Positions 26,031 to 26,241 of a DNA stretch of 26,241 nt are shown here, piece by piece. The position numbers were made by a program, and so were the translations under genes. Numbering within the stretch: position 1 is the first letter of the stretch; each line of letters begins with the position of its first letter. The stretch lies in IMG/VR virus record IMGVR_UViG_3300023095_000009, positions 1-26,241 of that record, one strand, 5' to 3'. The notes beneath the pieces are model-generated. The model did not search any database and was not told where the DNA came from. It saw nothing but the letters and a program-made list of their open reading frames with translations. The stretch comes from a virus. Taxonomy: Duplodnaviria > Caudoviricetes.

Positions 26031-26239
26031 TTCTCTGCTCTCTTGGCGGCCTTCTGCGCCTTCAGCTCTTCGTCTTCGGCGATGAGTTCGAGCACTCGGT
26101 CTTGATCGATAATGCCCAGTGAGAGCACCTTGTCGATCACCTTCTCGTCGCCGTCCTCACCATAGCCCCGAGGCCGCACGAGCGGGCTCAGGTACTTGCG
26201 GATGGCGAGGTGCTGCTCTGTCGTTCGAGGGGTGTCCAT
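26027..26239 (-). CDS. Hypothetical protein, 70 aa (start may lie outside the window)
   Basis: ATGA overlap with the exonuclease start. Typical codons. Confidence 0.6.
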   Translation of the reverse strand: MDTPRTTEQHLAIRKYLSPLVRPRGYGEDGDEKVIDKVLSLGIIDQDRVLELIAEDEELKAQKAAKRAEK

Positions 26240-26241
26240 GA

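Overview
This is a 26 kb segment of a high-GC, probably lytic dsDNA tailed phage with podovirus-type (short-tail) architecture. An actinobacterial host is inferred from GC content, codon style, TANNNT promoter candidates and gene families. Two arms converge on a bidirectional hairpin at about 18217-18262. The + strand late arm carries the TerL C-terminus, three small genes (one a membrane protein overlapping both neighbours), portal, scaffold, major capsid, two small beta-rich decoration/fibre-like genes, adaptor, tail nozzle, five probable internal virion (ejection) proteins ending in a 1821-aa giant, and a three-gene holin-like cassette with no endolysin beside it. The - strand early/replication arm carries a Cas4/RecB-like exonuclease, Sak4-like ATPase, two small proteins, a lipoprotein, an SSB-like protein, primase-helicase, family A DNA polymerase and RuvC-like resolvase. 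No tRNA, integrase, CRISPR array or mobile element was seen. The most notable observations are: a shared C-terminal A[RK]x[AE]A[LI]xR motif on three adjacent putative internal proteins (candidate virion-targeting tag); a three-frame overlapping gene stack before the portal; a terminator/promoter/inverted-repeat composite before the scaffold gene; probable leaderless late promoters; and apparent purging of several 6-bp palindromic restriction sites. All product calls come from motif recognition and gene order, not database searches.
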